Source of the DNA: Candidatus Nanoarchaeia archaeon
GTDB taxonomy: Archaea > Nanobdellota > Nanobdellia > Woesearchaeales > SKIA01
Length of the DNA stretch: 64,000 nt
Reading direction: 5' to 3'
Assembly: GCA_028279685.1 (NCBI GenBank)
Contig: JANQNG010000002.1
Location: 76,144-140,143, forward strand
Position 1 is the first letter of the stretch; each line of letters begins with the position of its first letter. The position numbers and the translations under genes were made by a program. The notes beneath the pieces were generated by a model. It ran no database searches. It had not been told where the DNA came from and saw only the letters and a program-made list of their open reading frames with translations. Shown here one piece after another: positions 45,348 through 55,654 of the stretch.

Positions 45348-47354
45348 ATGGTTTTATACCAATGGGAGGAATTTATCAAAAAGCATAAGCCGAAGAAGAA
45401 GCTATCCTCTTTTCACCCAGGATTAGGTTATAACGTTATTTCTCGCAGAAAAGGGAAAGCGAATAAAATACAATTCACGGTGCTAGCAGATCATAAAGCA
45501 ATTGATATTTATCTTGTAGGGAATTTCAACAATTGGGGAAAAACAAATAACAAATTTGATGAACGCAAATTAACAAAATGGAAACTCCAGCCAGATTTTC
45601 ATGGAGTATATCATACTATTACCGTTTCTGGATTAAAGCATAAGGAAAAGTATAAGTTTCTTGTAAAAAATGGATCTGAATGGGATTACCGTCGAGATCC
45701 AGCAGGAACCTATTTCGATGAAGAAGGCAATAGCATTATATGGGATTATGATGATCCTTCTGCATACAAGCAAAAACATAAATTGATCGACACCATTAAC
45801 AGGCCTACAAAAATAATACAAACTGATCTTCCTGGGCTGATTAGCCATTGGCGTCATAAAAAAACTGGAAAATTAGGAAGAGATATTCCTGAAAAAGAAA
45901 CCTACAAATTCTTTGCCACATCAGGCATTATTGAACACGTTAAACAATTAGGATTTAACACTATACAATTCTTGCCATTTCATCAGAGTATTGATGGTGA
46001 TAACTGGAAATTTAGATATTTGGTTTTGTATCAATATGCAATTCAAAATAAATGGGGGAACCCTGATGACTTTGCAAGAATGATTGATGCATGCCATAAG
46101 CAAGATATTGCCGTCATAGGTGATTTTGTCGTAAGTCATGCTCCTTGTCAGCATTTCAAGATTTTTGGAGAATCAGGAGCTGCTACAGGAATACATAAAT
46201 GGAGATCAAAGCACGGCAAAGATGTCTTTCTTGCTGATTGGACTCCTTGGGGAACAAAACGATTTGATTACGATAATCATCACGTTCGGAAATTCTTAGT
46301 TGAGGGCTGTCTTCATTTCATGAAACGATATAATATTGATGGTTTCAGAATTGATAATGTCGACGGCATTATCAGATATGGTGACGCTGGCGAAGGTCCT
46401 GAACGCCCTAACGGAAGAACATTTCTCAGAGAAATGACGAAAGTTTTGTACGAATATAATCCTTATGCATTGGCACATTTTGAATCACATTATTTCTATG
46501 GTGACAATGCAAAAATGCTTGTCGTTCCTCTTGAGAGTGATCCAAGAGCTTTGGGCGCAACAGCATACAACAGTTCTCGTGTTAGTTATTACCTTCATAA
46601 AGAATTAATGCCAAAATCAGCCGAACATATCACACCATTTAGATTTGAAGATATCAGATCTGAGAAAGAATGGGGGCAGTGCAATTCTACCGTCGGAGAT
46701 TTCCATAATCATGATGCTGCCGCAGGACTGATGCACGGTCGTGCAACTGGAAGTTATGCTTATGATGCATTGATACTTAAAAGATCTGATATTCATTTCC
46801 ACGCTGTCGGGAAAATAAAAATTATGGAAGCACTGATTAGTTTTGGTCTGGAGGGAAGAACACTTGATTTGATACAATCATTCTTATTGCAGACAGGAAC
46901 ATTTGAGCACGATAGTTCTGTACATTGGTTCTTGGAGATGAGAGATGCTACAAAAGGAATGCTGAAGTATAAACAAGATGTGAATAAGCTTATGGATGAT
47001 CCTGCTTTCTGGCCGATGAATACGAAGAACAGGAAATATATCAATGTCGATGATGTGAATAAAATGCTTGCTATTGTTCGCAAAGATACTGAACAAGAAA
47101 CCAAATCTGAATATTTAGTAAATATTAATTTCAGTTCAAGACATCTGCATAATTATGCTGTCGGCGTAGAAGACCATGCTGAATATGAAGTAGTATTAAA
47201 CGGAGATTTGTATAAGTATGCTGGCCAAGGTATGGTAGCCTATCCTAATACAATCAAGACAGAGAAATCAGATAAGTTTGAACTATTCGACAAACAGATC
47301 ACTCTCAATGATGTAGCACCGTATGGTGTTGTGGTGTTGAAGAAGGTAAAATGA
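45348..47354 (+). CDS. GH13-family alpha-glucan enzyme with N-terminal CBM48/E-set-like domain (branching-enzyme/amylase-like)
   Basis: GH13 regions GDFVVSHA (region I-like) and DGFRIDNVDGI (region II-like); N-terminal beta-sandwich-like segment. Confidence 0.55.
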   Translation: MVLYQWEEFIKKHKPKKKLSSFHPGLGYNVISRRKGKANKIQFTVLADHKAIDIYLVGNFNNWGKTNNKFDERKLTKWKLQPDFHGVYHTITVSGLKHKEKYKFLVKNGSEWDYRRDPAGTYFDEEGNSIIWDYDDPSAYKQKHKLIDTINRPTKIIQTDLPGLISHWRHKKTGKLGRDIPEKETYKFFATSGIIEHVKQLGFNTIQFLPFHQSIDGDNWKFRYLVLYQYAIQNKWGNPDDFARMIDACHKQDIAVIGDFVVSHAPCQHFKIFGESGAATGIHKWRSKHGKDVFLADWTPWGTKRFDYDNHHVRKFLVEGCLHFMKRYNIDGFRIDNVDGIIRYGDAGEGPERPNGRTFLREMTKVLYEYNPYALAHFESHYFYGDNAKMLVVPLESDPRALGATAYNSSRVSYYLHKELMPKSAEHITPFRFEDIRSEKEWGQCNSTVGDFHNHDAAAGLMHGRATGSYAYDALILKRSDIHFHAVGKIKIMEALISFGLEGRTLDLIQSFLLQTGTFEHDSSVHWFLEMRDATKGMLKYKQDVNKLMDDPAFWPMNTKNRKYINVDDVNKMLAIVRKDTEQETKSEYLVNINFSSRHLHNYAVGVEDHAEYEVVLNGDLYKYAGQGMVAYPNTIKTEKSDKFELFDKQITLNDVAPYGVVVLKKVK

Positions 47355-48085
47355 AAGTTTCTACAGTCAATAAACAAGGAGAAAATCTCGTTGGTTTTAT
47401 GGAAATTCCTGGTGAGGGAAAATATCCTACTGTGCTTTTGGTGCACGGGTTTGGCGTTACAAAAGAAGAAGGAGGCATGTTCACCGATCTTGCAGAACTG
47501 CTATGTAAAGAAGGATTCTGTGCTGTGTCATTTGATTTGTCTGGCAGGGGAGAAAGTGAAGGGGATTATAGTGAAACAACACTCACAAAACTTAGTATTG
47601 ATGTTCAAAGCATTCTTGATTTTCTTAGAAAACACAAATCTGTTGGGGAAATAGGTGTTTTGGGTCAGTCGTTAGGTACAGCAACCCTTGTTGCAACAAA
47701 ACCTGATGTTAGAAGCATGGTGCTTATGGGATCTATAGCACATGTTAAAGATGTCTTAGCTCCTCTTTTTATCGAATATCATCCAGACGGTATTTCTATT
47801 AGAAAGAATTCTTCAGGGGATGAAATTAGGATAAATCCTCCTTTTTGGAAAGATATTGAAAATCATGACCTTATTAAAAATATGGCAGAAATAACATGTC
47901 CTGTATTATTCATCCATGGTGAAAAAGACGAGAAAGTACCTCTTTCAGAGATGAAAGCATACTATGAAGCATGCCAAAGCAAAAAGGAAAACCTTATTTT
48001 ATCCAACGCACTCCACAGTTTAAGACCTATGAGAGCTGAAATGCAAAAAGCTGTTCTTAAATGGTTTAAAGAGACATTACAATGA
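47351..48085 (+). CDS. alpha/beta-fold hydrolase
   Basis: Nucleophile elbow GQSLG; C-terminal His/Asp pattern. Confidence 0.6.
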   Translation: MKVSTVNKQGENLVGFMEIPGEGKYPTVLLVHGFGVTKEEGGMFTDLAELLCKEGFCAVSFDLSGRGESEGDYSETTLTKLSIDVQSILDFLRKHKSVGEIGVLGQSLGTATLVATKPDVRSMVLMGSIAHVKDVLAPLFIEYHPDGISIRKNSSGDEIRINPPFWKDIENHDLIKNMAEITCPVLFIHGEKDEKVPLSEMKAYYEACQSKKENLILSNALHSLRPMRAEMQKAVLKWFKETLQ

Positions 48086-48834
48086 CTGAAAAAGTATTTT
48101 TCAAGAACTCAAAGGGATTGACGTTATGTGGTATTTTAGAAGAACCTCATCCTGAGAAAAAATATGCTGTTATTATGGTGCATGGCTATTCAACACAGAA
48201 GAATAACTCAAAGAATGTACGGCTGGCAAAAGCATTTGAGTCTCTGAAACTCAATTCTCTTCGTATTGATCTTGATGGTTGTGGTGAAAGTGAGGGTGAT
48301 TTTGCTGAACAGACCTATTCAAGTATGGCAGATGATATTCTCTCAGCAATAGCATACCTCAAGACGAGAGAATACTCAGAATTCAGCCTATTTGGCAGCA
48401 GTGCAGGAGGATTAGCATCAATGATTGTTGCCTTACAACAGCCTATTAAAAAAATAGGTCTTGTAGCTCCTGTTTTTGATTATCCCTCACAAGCAATAAG
48501 AACACTAGGTAAAGAAGAGATTGCAAGATGGAAAAAAGAAGGATTTAGAATAAGAACAAATCATCGCGGCATCTCTTCTAGGATTAATTACACCTTCTAT
48601 AACGATTCCCAACAACATGTAATGCATGGGAAAGTGAAAAATATTACTTGTCCTTTGTTAATTGTGCATGGAGATAAAGATGAAGATGTGCTTATCGAAG
48701 GATCGAGAAAGATTATTCAAGAAATGCCCAATGCAAAACTTATAGAGATGGAAGGTGCGGATCATTTTTTCGAAAATCCTGGTGAAAAAGATAAAGTTGC
48801 ACAATATTTTATTGATTGGTTCAAAGAAAAATGA
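48082..48834 (+). CDS. alpha/beta-fold hydrolase (paralog)
   Basis: GSSAGG nucleophile elbow; tandem with the previous hydrolase and similar in length. Confidence 0.6.
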   Translation: MTEKVFFKNSKGLTLCGILEEPHPEKKYAVIMVHGYSTQKNNSKNVRLAKAFESLKLNSLRIDLDGCGESEGDFAEQTYSSMADDILSAIAYLKTREYSEFSLFGSSAGGLASMIVALQQPIKKIGLVAPVFDYPSQAIRTLGKEEIARWKKEGFRIRTNHRGISSRINYTFYNDSQQHVMHGKVKNITCPLLIVHGDKDEDVLIEGSRKIIQEMPNAKLIEMEGADHFFENPGEKDKVAQYFIDWFKEK

Positions 48835-48839
48835 AAAAA

Positions 48840-49400
48840 TTATGATTCTTTCAGTCGACTTAATGTATCTAATTTGCTGTTTGTTTCTTCTTTCTTTATT
48901 TTAAACACATTGAGAGTTTTTATACCATCGTTTTTCAAATAGTTAAAAGACATTGATATGTCTAAATCAATATTTAAGTATACTCCAGAGTAAAAGCTAG
49001 TGATTGTCGCATCTCCTTTAAATCTCTCAACATTCTCAAAATTATAATTTTCTTCAAAATCACGAGAACAACGTATAGTATATTTCTTATCTTTAATAGA
49101 AAAAATTAATTTTTCTATAGCTTTATTTTTACTCTCTTCGCTTTTTGTAAATTGATATGATATTAATTTAGCTAAATTATCTGCGCTTTTAACATCATGC
49201 CTTAAATCAAGATTTAAGTTCCGACCTACATAATCAATTAAATAATTATTCTCACCAATTTTAGAAAATGTAAAAGAACCATTAGACATGGCAGAATCGT
49301 GAGTTATTTTATATGAACTAGTCAATAATTCAAGAGATTTAAACTCTTCATCGAAAACTTCTCGATTAACTTCTTCTCCAATATCAATCTTTAGACCCAT
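48840..49400 (-). CDS. hypothetical protein
   Basis: 186-aa ORF, no motif. Confidence 0.3.
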   Translation of the reverse strand: MGLKIDIGEEVNREVFDEEFKSLELLTSSYKITHDSAMSNGSFTFSKIGENNYLIDYVGRNLNLDLRHDVKSADNLAKLISYQFTKSEESKNKAIEKLIFSIKDKKYTIRCSRDFEENYNFENVERFKGDATITSFYSGVYLNIDLDISMSFNYLKNDGIKTLNVFKIKKEETNSKLDTLSRLKES

Positions 49401-49511
49401 TTTTTAAACACCCACATTTTCAATTAAAGACCCAATTTATATATTTTTCTATTTTAGAATAGTAACACTTTTTAAACAAACTTAATAAATAGAATTGATA
49501 AGAGAAAGTAT

Positions 49512-50063
49512 ATGAAACTATTCATAATCCACGGAGCATATGGGAACCCTGGTGAGAACTGGTTTCCTTGGCTGAAGAAAGCATTAAAAAAACATGAAGT
49601 CATTATACCTACATTTCCAACTCCCGAAAATCAAACACTAGAAAACTGGATGGAAGTATTTGAGCCATATTTAGACAAGATTGACGAAAACACAGTATTT
49701 ATCGGCCATAGTCTAGGCCCTGCTTTCATATTGAACATTCTTGAGAAAATTAATATTAAAGTAAAAGCTTGCTTTTTTGTCGCAGGATTCACAGGATCGT
49801 TAGGAAACGATACATTCGATAAAATTAATTGTACATTTGCTGATAAGAAATTCAACTGGGGCAAAATAAGAAATAATTGTTCTAAATTCTATATATTCAA
49901 TTCAACAGATGATCCTTATGTTCCTATATCAAAAGGAGAGGAATTAGCTATTAATCTTAACTCAGGCTTAATTAAAGTAGATAATGCAGGCCACTTCAAT
50001 GAGGATGCAGGTTATACTAAGTTTCAATTATTGCTTGAAAAAATAAAAAGTGAATTAAAGTGA
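49512..50063 (+). CDS. serine hydrolase of the YdeN/RBBP9-like alpha/beta fold
   Basis: MKLFIIHGAYGNPGENWFPWL...IGHSLG pattern. Confidence 0.5.
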   Translation: MKLFIIHGAYGNPGENWFPWLKKALKKHEVIIPTFPTPENQTLENWMEVFEPYLDKIDENTVFIGHSLGPAFILNILEKINIKVKACFFVAGFTGSLGNDTFDKINCTFADKKFNWGKIRNNCSKFYIFNSTDDPYVPISKGEELAINLNSGLIKVDNAGHFNEDAGYTKFQLLLEKIKSELK

Positions 50064-50605
50064 AGGCAAAAAAAGCTAAGGCTAAGCCACGGAAAAGAGC
50101 AAAGACACCCAAAGCAAAAAAAAATCTAGCAACAAAGCCTAAACGCTCTAACCACCCTCGCCTGATAACCTTCATAATATTATCGGGAATAATTTTGGAT
50201 CAATTTCTCAAATGTATCTTCGTAGAGATACTCCAACCAAACGAATCCATCAACGCATTACCATTTCTTAAATTTACTTTAGTTCATAACACTGGATCTC
50301 TATGGGGATTGTTCAACAGTGTAGAACAGATCAATATGATGTTTATTTGGATCTCTATTATAGCATTAGGATTCTTGATGTGGAAGAAAGATGATTTGCT
50401 AAAACTATCAAAACACATAATCTGGAATAAAGTCTTTTACGCACTTATTGTGGCAGGAATATTAGGAAACTTCATAGATAGACTCACAAGAGGCTTTGTG
50501 GTGGACTTTCTTGACTTCATTATCTGGCCTGTGTTTAACATAGCAGATAGTATGATTGTAGTTGGTGTAATTGGACTCATCATTCTCAGTCTAAAGAAAT
50601 CGTGA
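50060..50605 (+). CDS. lspA: lipoprotein signal peptidase (signal peptidase II, LspA)
   Basis: Conserved LspA blocks VHNTGSLWGLF and FNIADSMIVVGVIGL; four TM helices; Lys-rich N-terminal extension. Confidence 0.7.
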   Translation: MKAKKAKAKPRKRAKTPKAKKNLATKPKRSNHPRLITFIILSGIILDQFLKCIFVEILQPNESINALPFLKFTLVHNTGSLWGLFNSVEQINMMFIWISIIALGFLMWKKDDLLKLSKHIIWNKVFYALIVAGILGNFIDRLTRGFVVDFLDFIIWPVFNIADSMIVVGVIGLIILSLKKS

Positions 50606-50659
50606 TCCTTTCGGTTTTTCTTGGACAAGATATATTAAAGATTCAGAAATAACCATCTC

Positions 50660-51082
50660 ATGGTTGAAAAATACTATTTAGATACTTGCGTATGGAGAGA
50701 TTTTTACGAGAATAGAGTTAGTAGAGACGGTAGATTATTAGGAATTTGCGCAAAAAAACTGATAAAGAAAATTATTCATGATAATGATATTATACTTTAT
50801 TCTGATTTAATCGAAAAAGAGTTACTTAAAGAATATACAGAACAAGAACTATGTGATAAATTAGATGCTTTGATATTATTAGATATTTTGCACAAAGTCC
50901 ATCTTAATGAGTTAACCAGAATAAAATCAAGAACTATAAAAAATAAGTACAAAATTCCCTTAGCTGATGCAGCACATGCTATTTTAGCAAAAGAAAATAA
51001 AGCACTATTAGTAACTCAAGATAAACATTTATTAAAATTAAAAAATATTCTTAAAGTTTCAAAACCTGATGACTTAATCTAA
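50660..51082 (+). CDS. PIN-domain protein (VapC-like)
   Basis: N-terminal YYLDTCVW (Asp in first strand) and downstream acidic residues consistent with a PIN fold. Confidence 0.45.
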   Translation: MVEKYYLDTCVWRDFYENRVSRDGRLLGICAKKLIKKIIHDNDIILYSDLIEKELLKEYTEQELCDKLDALILLDILHKVHLNELTRIKSRTIKNKYKIPLADAAHAILAKENKALLVTQDKHLLKLKNILKVSKPDDLI

Positions 51083-51340
51083 ACTCCAATTTTTTTCTTC
51101 GAACAATTCTTTAACAGCTTCTTCTCTTGCTTTTTCCCAATCTTTGTCAGTTGTTTTTCTTTTTATAGAGCCATGACCTTTCATAAACTCTTTAATTAAC
51201 TCATCTCTAGTCATTTTTTTTAGTTTATCCCTAATAGATGTTCGAATAAATTCAGTCCTGGTTGAGAAATTGCTTTTACCCACCACATCATCTATTTCAC
51301 CCAGCATTTGATCATCCATTTTTAGGCTAATAGTATTCAT
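51074..51340 (-). CDS. ribbon-helix-helix (CopG-like) DNA-binding protein
   Basis: ISLKMDDQMLGEIDDVV..NFSTRTEFIRTSIRDKL is an RHH beta-strand plus two-helix pattern. Confidence 0.45.
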   Translation of the reverse strand: MNTISLKMDDQMLGEIDDVVGKSNFSTRTEFIRTSIRDKLKKMTRDELIKEFMKGHGSIKRKTTDKDWEKAREEAVKELFEEKNWSLD

Positions 51341-51594
51341 TGTATTACTTAGTACATACTAAGTAATATTTAAATTTTTCGGCTAAAATCTGTAAATTTT
51401 GCGAATAAAAGCCCTATTTTGGCTTTTTTCAAAGGTTTCCTTAGCTTATGAAAATAGAAAGGTTTATAAAGCAAGTTCTACTCTTATCTCTTAGTAAGAA
51501 AAAGGCCCAGGGAACTCACCTAACGGACAAGTTCTCGCATCCTGCACAAGGATGAGTGTTTTACACATTGGTTTTTTCTTAAAGAGGTAAAACT

Positions 51595-52797
51595 ATGAAA
51601 AAATTTAAGGAATTAGGTATTACAGAAGAAATACTAAAAACTATAGAAGAACATAGGTTCGAAGAACCTACAGAAATACAAGAAAAAACAATCCCTTTAG
51701 TAATTGAAGGAAAAGACGTTATAGGAGGATCCGCAACAGGATCTGGAAAAACATTAGCATTTGGCACTGGAATAATCCAGAATACTGAAAAGGGACATGG
51801 CATTCAAGCATTAATTCTTAATCCAACAAGAGAGTTGGCTGTTCAGGTTGCTGAAGCGCTAAAAGACTTCTCAAAACATAAAAAACTGAAAGTTGTTGTT
51901 GTTTATGGAGGAGTTTCTATTAACCCTCAAATTGATCAATTGAAAACAGCAGATATTGTTGTCGGTACACCAGGAAGAATATTAGATCATCTTCACAGAC
52001 AAACAATGGATCTCAGAAATGTAAAAACATTGGTATTAGACGAAGCAGACATTATGCTCGATATGGGTTTCATCGACGACATCAAGATGATTATACGTGC
52101 TTGCCCAAAGCAAAGACAAACTTTACTGTTCTCTGCAACGATACCTCCTGATATTGATAGACTCATCAAACATAATATGAACAATCCAATAAAAGTTTCA
52201 GCAGAAGTTTACGTTGATCCTTCTAAATTAACACAGATGTATTATGATGTATCTGATAACCAGAAATTTTCATTACTTGTTCATTTACTTAAGCATGAAG
52301 AATCAAAATTAGTGATGGTATTCTGCAATTCAAGAGATAACGTAGATTTTGTAGCTAACAATCTGAAAGCAAACGGCATCAAAGCGATGGCCATTCACGG
52401 AGGCTTCAGTCAGGATAAACGTTCAAGAACAATGGGAAGATTCGTTGATCAAAATGTTCGTGTCTTAGTATGCACTGATGTTGCTGCACGAGGATTAGAT
52501 ATTCCTGAAGTATCACATGTGTACAACTATGATATTCCTAATGATAGCAAGCAGTATATTCATAGAATTGGACGTACTGCAAGAGCAGGTCACGAAGGAA
52601 AAGCAGTTAATATCCTTGCACACAGAGATCACGATAATTTTTCCTTTGTGTTAAGAGACAATGCTGTTGAGATTCCGAAAGAACCTACTCCAAATGTAGA
52701 AAGAGCCAAGATTGTCTGGAAGAACGAGAAGAAATTCGGAAGAAGACCCCATTCTGGCTACAAACGGAATGTTGGCATTAGAAGACATAGAAGATAA
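51595..52797 (+). CDS. DEAD-box ATP-dependent RNA helicase
   Basis: Q motif, GSATGSGKTLAF, PTRELA, DEAD (LVLDEADIM), SAT, HRIGRTARAG motifs. Confidence 0.9.
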   Translation: MKKFKELGITEEILKTIEEHRFEEPTEIQEKTIPLVIEGKDVIGGSATGSGKTLAFGTGIIQNTEKGHGIQALILNPTRELAVQVAEALKDFSKHKKLKVVVVYGGVSINPQIDQLKTADIVVGTPGRILDHLHRQTMDLRNVKTLVLDEADIMLDMGFIDDIKMIIRACPKQRQTLLFSATIPPDIDRLIKHNMNNPIKVSAEVYVDPSKLTQMYYDVSDNQKFSLLVHLLKHEESKLVMVFCNSRDNVDFVANNLKANGIKAMAIHGGFSQDKRSRTMGRFVDQNVRVLVCTDVAARGLDIPEVSHVYNYDIPNDSKQYIHRIGRTARAGHEGKAVNILAHRDHDNFSFVLRDNAVEIPKEPTPNVERAKIVWKNEKKFGRRPHSGYKRNVGIRRHRR

Positions 52798-52820
52798 TTA
52801 AATATTATTTTGTTAAGGTT

Positions 52821-53183
52821 CTAGAACTCATCGCTTTCTTCAAGATCATCTAAGAAATTATTGTTCTGGAGCCATTTAACTTGAATAGGTCTGTATTTGA
52901 AGATAATATCGCCACGTTCATCTCCGCCGAATTCCCAAGGTTCAACTAAGACAATATCATTCTCGCGAACCCATAATCGTTTCTTTAATCTGCCAGGAAT
53001 CCTGCAGACACGCGTATTACCATCTAAACAACGAACTTTGCATCTACTGCCACCTAACCTTTGTTCAAGAAGCCCTAGTATCTCATTATCTCGAGGAGTT
53101 CTAACTCTGAAGACCTCCTCTTCTCCTTGGCCAAACTTCTTTTTCCGCTTAAACCTCTTCTTCGGAGGGTTCTTTGGTGGCAT
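52821..53183 (-). CDS. eif1a: translation initiation factor aIF-1A
   Basis: VFRVRTPRDNEILGLLEQRLGGSRCKVRCLDGNTRVCRIPGRLKKRLWVRENDIVLV... S1/OB fold typical of eIF-1A; start set to internal ATG 53183. Confidence 0.8.
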   Translation of the reverse strand: MPPKNPPKKRFKRKKKFGQGEEEVFRVRTPRDNEILGLLEQRLGGSRCKVRCLDGNTRVCRIPGRLKKRLWVRENDIVLVEPWEFGGDERGDIIFKYRPIQVKWLQNNNFLDDLEESDEF

Positions 53184-53339
53184 ACACCTCAAAAATACAG
53201 CCATGTTTATAAACATTTGCTAAATGAAGCGCTTATTCCTTAGAATTATAAGAAGTTAACTTTATAAATCCCTGACTATTCCTCAAGTCAAGACGGTTGA
53301 TAACAGTTCGGCTGAGAACCGCAAGGAGTGTGTAAACAC

Positions 53340-53759
53340 ATGGTATTAATCAAGGATGCTAATCCCCATAAACTGATTTTTGCTCTTGCAAAAGAGCTGC
53401 AATCTATTGAGGAACTCAATCCTCCTGAATGGGCTGCTTACATTAAAACAGGAAGTCATAGAGAGAAACCTCCCACAAGAAAGGACTGGTGGCATGTCAG
53501 AGCTGCTTCAATTCTAAGAACCATCTACTTCAGAGGACCTATTGGAACAGGAAAGCTCAGAGTCAAGTATGGAGGCAGAAAAAACAGAGGCCACAAACCA
53601 GATAAGACTGTAAACGCAGGAGGAAATATTATCAGAAAATGTCTTCAATGTCTTGAAAAAGCAGAACTAATAACACAAGCTCAAAGAGGAAATCATAAAG
53701 GAAGAATTATTACAGGTAAAGGAGAGGCTTTACTGAACAAGATCTCAAAAGGTGTATGA
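53340..53759 (+). CDS. rps19e: 30S ribosomal protein S19e
   Basis: PEWAAYIKTGSHREKPP..DWWHVRAASILRTIYFRGPIGTGKLRVKYGG typical S19e. Confidence 0.8.
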   Translation: MVLIKDANPHKLIFALAKELQSIEELNPPEWAAYIKTGSHREKPPTRKDWWHVRAASILRTIYFRGPIGTGKLRVKYGGRKNRGHKPDKTVNAGGNIIRKCLQCLEKAELITQAQRGNHKGRIITGKGEALLNKISKGV

Positions 53760-53761
53760 CT

Positions 53762-53935
53762 ATGGCGCGCAATATTCACCTATCAAGAAAACTAAGATTG
53801 GCTAAACTTGGAAGAAGAACACGCTGGGCTCCTTTCTGGACAGTGCCAAAAATCTATGGCTCCGGCAGAAGAGTTCATCCAGGGAGACACACCACGGTGA
53901 AACGCCACTGGCGCCGAACGAAAACGAAGGCATAA
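53762..53935 (+). CDS. rpl39e: 50S ribosomal protein L39e (57 aa, below ORF-track cutoff)
   Basis: Own translation MARNIHLSRKLRLAKLGRRTRWAPFWTVPKIYGSGRRVHPGRHTTVKRHWRRTKTKA matches L39e. Confidence 0.75.
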   Translation: MARNIHLSRKLRLAKLGRRTRWAPFWTVPKIYGSGRRVHPGRHTTVKRHWRRTKTKA

Positions 53936-53937
53936 AA

Positions 53938-54498
53938 ATGGCTGACAAAATTGAAAGACTTTACAATGTACCATTACGTTCAGGATTCATTAATACTCCT
54001 AAATATAAGAGAGCTAAAAAAGCAATTAATACTTTGAAATTATTTATGCAAAAGCATATGAAAGCAGAGACTATTAAGATTGGAAATGTTTTGAATGAGC
54101 TTATTTGGAAGAATGGAATAAAAAATCCTCCTCATCATGTTGCGGTAAAGGCAATCAAAGAGAATGATATTGTGAAAGTAGAATTACAAGGTCATGAATA
54201 CAAAGATGCTGTTAAGATTGAGAAGAAAGTCGACAAAAAAGAATCACTGAAAGATAAACTCGCTGCAAAGCTTGGCGCTGCTGATGAAAAAAAGGAAGAG
54301 AAGGCTAAAGCAACAGAAGAGAACGTTGATGAAGTGAAAGATGCTCTAGGTGGCGAAAAAAAGAAAGAAGAAACGCTCGCTGCTCCTAAAAAAGAATCAC
54401 CCAAGAAACCAACAGTGAAGAAAGAAACTCCGAAGAAAACTACTCCTAAAAAGAAAGTAAAGAAAGCTTCTAAGACGAAAAAAGCAGCTAAAAAATAA
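53938..54498 (+). CDS. rpl31e: 50S ribosomal protein L31e with Lys-rich C-terminal extension
   Basis: ERLYNVPLRSGF...N-terminal L31e core; follows L39e as in conserved archaeal order. Confidence 0.8.
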   Translation: MADKIERLYNVPLRSGFINTPKYKRAKKAINTLKLFMQKHMKAETIKIGNVLNELIWKNGIKNPPHHVAVKAIKENDIVKVELQGHEYKDAVKIEKKVDKKESLKDKLAAKLGAADEKKEEKAKATEENVDEVKDALGGEKKKEETLAAPKKESPKKPTVKKETPKKTTPKKKVKKASKTKKAAKK

Positions 54499-54643
54499 AC
54501 CACATAACAAAATTTTGGATTTGTTGTTTCTGCAAAAACAATCAATAACAAAGTTTTTGACCACAATCATCAAAACTTTGAATTGATTGTCCCTCTCGAA
54601 ACAATCAATAACATTTATAAACTTCTAACATACAGAAGGTACT

Positions 54644-55654
54644 ATGATTTCTGAGAAGGACGTCAAAAGCGTCGACAAAGGAGAGTTGCTGAATCAGCTC
54701 AAGGATTTGCCGAAACAAGTTGAAGCAGCATATAATCTTATGACTGAGATCAATTTCGAAAAACCTGTTAAGAACATCCTCATCTGCGGTATGGGAGGAT
54801 CAGGTATTCCTGGTATGTTACTCAAAGCATATCTTAAGGATTGTAAAATTCCTGTTACTGTGGTAAGTGGTTACGATGTTCCTGCTTGGATTGATGAAAA
54901 CACGCTAGTGTTCACAAATAGCTACTCAGGCAACACAGAGGAAACATTGTCTGCATATCGAGGAGCATTCAAAAAGACAACGATGATTGTCTCTGTTACA
55001 AGCGGAGGGAAACTTGAAGAAATCTCGCGCATGAACAGAACTCCTGTAATTCTTATCCCAAAAGGGATGCAGCCTAGAACTGCTATTGCATATTTGTTCT
55101 TTCCAATGCTTAGAGTATTAGAGCACCTTCGCATCATCAAGAAACAGACAGAGCATGTGAAACATCTTATTGCATCGTTGAGAAAACAGGACGTTGATGA
55201 TGCCGCAAAAAATTTATCAGAACATCTTTTCGGGAAGATCCCTATTATCTATGCATCAGATGACTTCTATCCTGTTGCTTATCGTTGGAAAACACAGTTA
55301 AACGAACATGCAAAAGTGATGGCGTTCTCTCATTGGTTCTCTGAAATGAATCATAATGAGATTGTCGGTTATACCAATCTCAAAGGAAACTTCTACGTGA
55401 TTATGTTACGTAATGACACAGACCATAGGAGAATCCAGAAGAGAATGCAGTTATGCAGAACTCTCATTCAAGATAAAGGTGTGAATGTAACTGATCTGGC
55501 AATCAAAGGGCAAGACCTACTAACAAAGATATTCTCTGCTATCCATATTGGAGATCTCGTGGCATTCTACCTAGCTATTCAATACCAAATTGATCCGAGC
55601 CCTGTAGAAATTGTTGAAAAGCTGAAGAAGGATCTAGGGACATTTTTAATATGA
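54644..55654 (+). CDS. bifunctional phosphoglucose/phosphomannose isomerase (SIS domain, archaeal PGI/PMI)
   Basis: ICGMGGSGIPGMLL SIS signature; ~335 aa. Confidence 0.75.
   Translation: MISEKDVKSVDKGELLNQLKDLPKQVEAAYNLMTEINFEKPVKNILICGMGGSGIPGMLLKAYLKDCKIPVTVVSGYDVPAWIDENTLVFTNSYSGNTEETLSAYRGAFKKTTMIVSVTSGGKLEEISRMNRTPVILIPKGMQPRTAIAYLFFPMLRVLEHLRIIKKQTEHVKHLIASLRKQDVDDAAKNLSEHLFGKIPIIYASDDFYPVAYRWKTQLNEHAKVMAFSHWFSEMNHNEIVGYTNLKGNFYVIMLRNDTDHRRIQKRMQLCRTLIQDKGVNVTDLAIKGQDLLTKIFSAIHIGDLVAFYLAIQYQIDPSPVEIVEKLKKDLGTFLI

Noticed and set aside
50660-51340. PIN (+) and RHH (-) genes as a toxin-antitoxin pair
   Set aside because: They are convergent and overlap at their 3' ends rather than forming an operon; treated as separate genes.
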